Assembly (NCBI RefSeq): GCF_004010195.1
Contig: NC_057718.1
Location: forward strand, 52,594,254-52,658,253
Direction of reading: 5' to 3'
From: Chiloscyllium plagiosum
Lineage: Eukaryota
DNA length: 64,000 nucleotides
Below, piece by piece: positions 62,431-64,000 of this stretch. The stretch's first letter is position 1; each line of letters begins with the position of its first letter. Position numbers and translations under genes: made by a program. The notes below the pieces were generated by a model. That model was not told where the DNA came from, ran no database searches, and worked only from the letters and a program-made list of their open reading frames with translations.

Positions 62431-63654
62431 CATAGAAATGTTGAAAGACTGATCAAATGGCAACCTTCTGGTACAAACTTTTTGACTTGGTGAACTTATG
62501 AATGCTGATTGTAAGTGACATTGTCAGGACAGCAGCTCACAATCCCAACTTACTCACAGGGCATGTTGACTATTTTGTTCTGGTAAGACAAGCTTTTCTT
62601 TAAGGGTACACAAGTCCGAGTTAGCTGAGAATGCAACTCAGTGACTGTTTAGAAATGTCTCGTTTGGATTACACTCAGCTACGAGAGATATACCATGGAT
62701 TGTTGCAGCTGGAAGGGTATTAAGGAATTTCAGAACAATATTTCAAAGGAAAAGATACAATACAAAAATCTGAGCCATCTCCTGTGTATTACATTCTCAA
62801 ACTATGGACATAATATGCGCTAACAGAAAGCATTTGTTTCCCTGCATACATAAGAGAAGACATTAATAACTCATGGCACCTAGTGTGGTGTTCTAGTATG
62901 ACTGGGCTAAAGTATACTGTGGAACATTACAGTACAGCTGAAGAACATCTGAGTGACAGCCCTGTACTCGCAGGTCAAAAGGAAAGAGGTGGAAAGGTTC
63001 TCTCTGATTGCTGGAAGCAAGTCTCCAGTCAAGTGCAGTCAAACAGGAAACCAGACATATCCTTTCAGCTAATTTACAGAAACCAGAGTCTTAAAACCAA
63101 CTGCTCAACTTCCAAAATCAAAATTACCGAAATTACTCAACATTTGCAACATTTCTGCCACCTAATTCAACACACACAAAACAAGGACTGATTTGAACTT
63201 GATCTTTTGAACTGTGATTCTTTCTCTCATTGCTAATCTGTGTGTATGAGTGTTGCATTTCATTTTCCATGACCTCGTAACTAATGAATTTGATGTTTCT
63301 TCAACTCAAGAAATGCAGTTAAATCAGCTCTGCTGGAAACATTGGGCTTAATAACACATTTTTTGGTGATATCTGTTGTGTTATTTTTTTAAAGGGATTT
63401 TTACTGTGAGATTGAGCGCAGTCTCATGAGGTATTATAACAAATTCAACTCATGAACTACCTATCCCACCCCTACAATGGTCCTCTCATCTGATTCTAGC
63501 CTCATCTTATCACACACTATTCCCAGAAGAACTCACCACTGAGCAGACATCCATTGAAACATCAGCACCACGGCACCTGTGCACCCAGACATGTGCTGGC
63601 ATTTTGAAGCTGCCCAAATCTGTGCAGTACAGTCAGAAGGGAGAAGGGAGAGAT

Positions 63655-63818
63655 GATTCTGTGACACTCTGACAGGCACCTGATGGTCCTGGTGGAGGGG
63701 CTGATGCAGAAGAAGGGTGACAAAGGAAGCCACAGCAGAACATGGCCCTGGGTCAGCATCTGGTTCATCCATGCCATAAGAAGGTCAACCATCCACTCCA
63801 CTCTGCCAAAGTAGGTAC
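63655..63818 (+). pseudogene. Harbinger Myb/SANT-like exon relic
   Basis: SDRHLMVLVEGLMQKK...CHKKVNHPLHSAK, then donor-like gtaggt. Confidence 0.55.
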
Positions 63819-64000
63819 TGCACTCTTCTCTCTGCTACTTCACACTCACTCCATCTTTGCCAATACACACATCTCCTATCGAGGCTCATGGTCTTCTACT
63901 CATAATTGTATGTAACATTTTCCCTCACTTGTTCTGATTTCCCTCAACTCTCCCTCTTTCCTGTATCACTGTGCAGCCTGCTCACTAGCCCAGGATACCT

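Overview
Eukaryotic, AT-rich, repeat-dense DNA with no recognisable host gene exon. The repeat set (HE1-type V-SINEs, HER1-like CR1 LINEs, DeuSINE relics) points to a shark or other elasmobranch genome; this is an inference. It is probably intronic or intergenic and has two large assembly gaps (25031-25611, 46122-46862). Recognisable elements: (1) many CR1 LINE fragments, one with an uninterrupted 478-aa RT ORF; (2) a second CR1-group LINE family whose near full-length copy starts with a tRNA-like head shared with a SINE; (3) a decayed RTE LINE; (4) two Penelope-like (GIY-YIG) families carrying minimal hammerhead ribozyme motifs, often inserted as asymmetric inverted repeats with 9-15 bp target-site duplications (TSDs); (5) Gypsy/Gmr1-like LTR relics; (6) a fossil two-gene Harbinger (transposase plus Myb/SANT) and several more Myb/SANT relics; (7) a Tigger-like MITE. 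The most interesting signals are the ribozyme-bearing Penelope insertions, whose architecture recurs across independent copies, and the LINE/SINE pair sharing both ends. Family names come from recalled motifs, not database searches. Boundaries are approximate unless a TSD is quoted.
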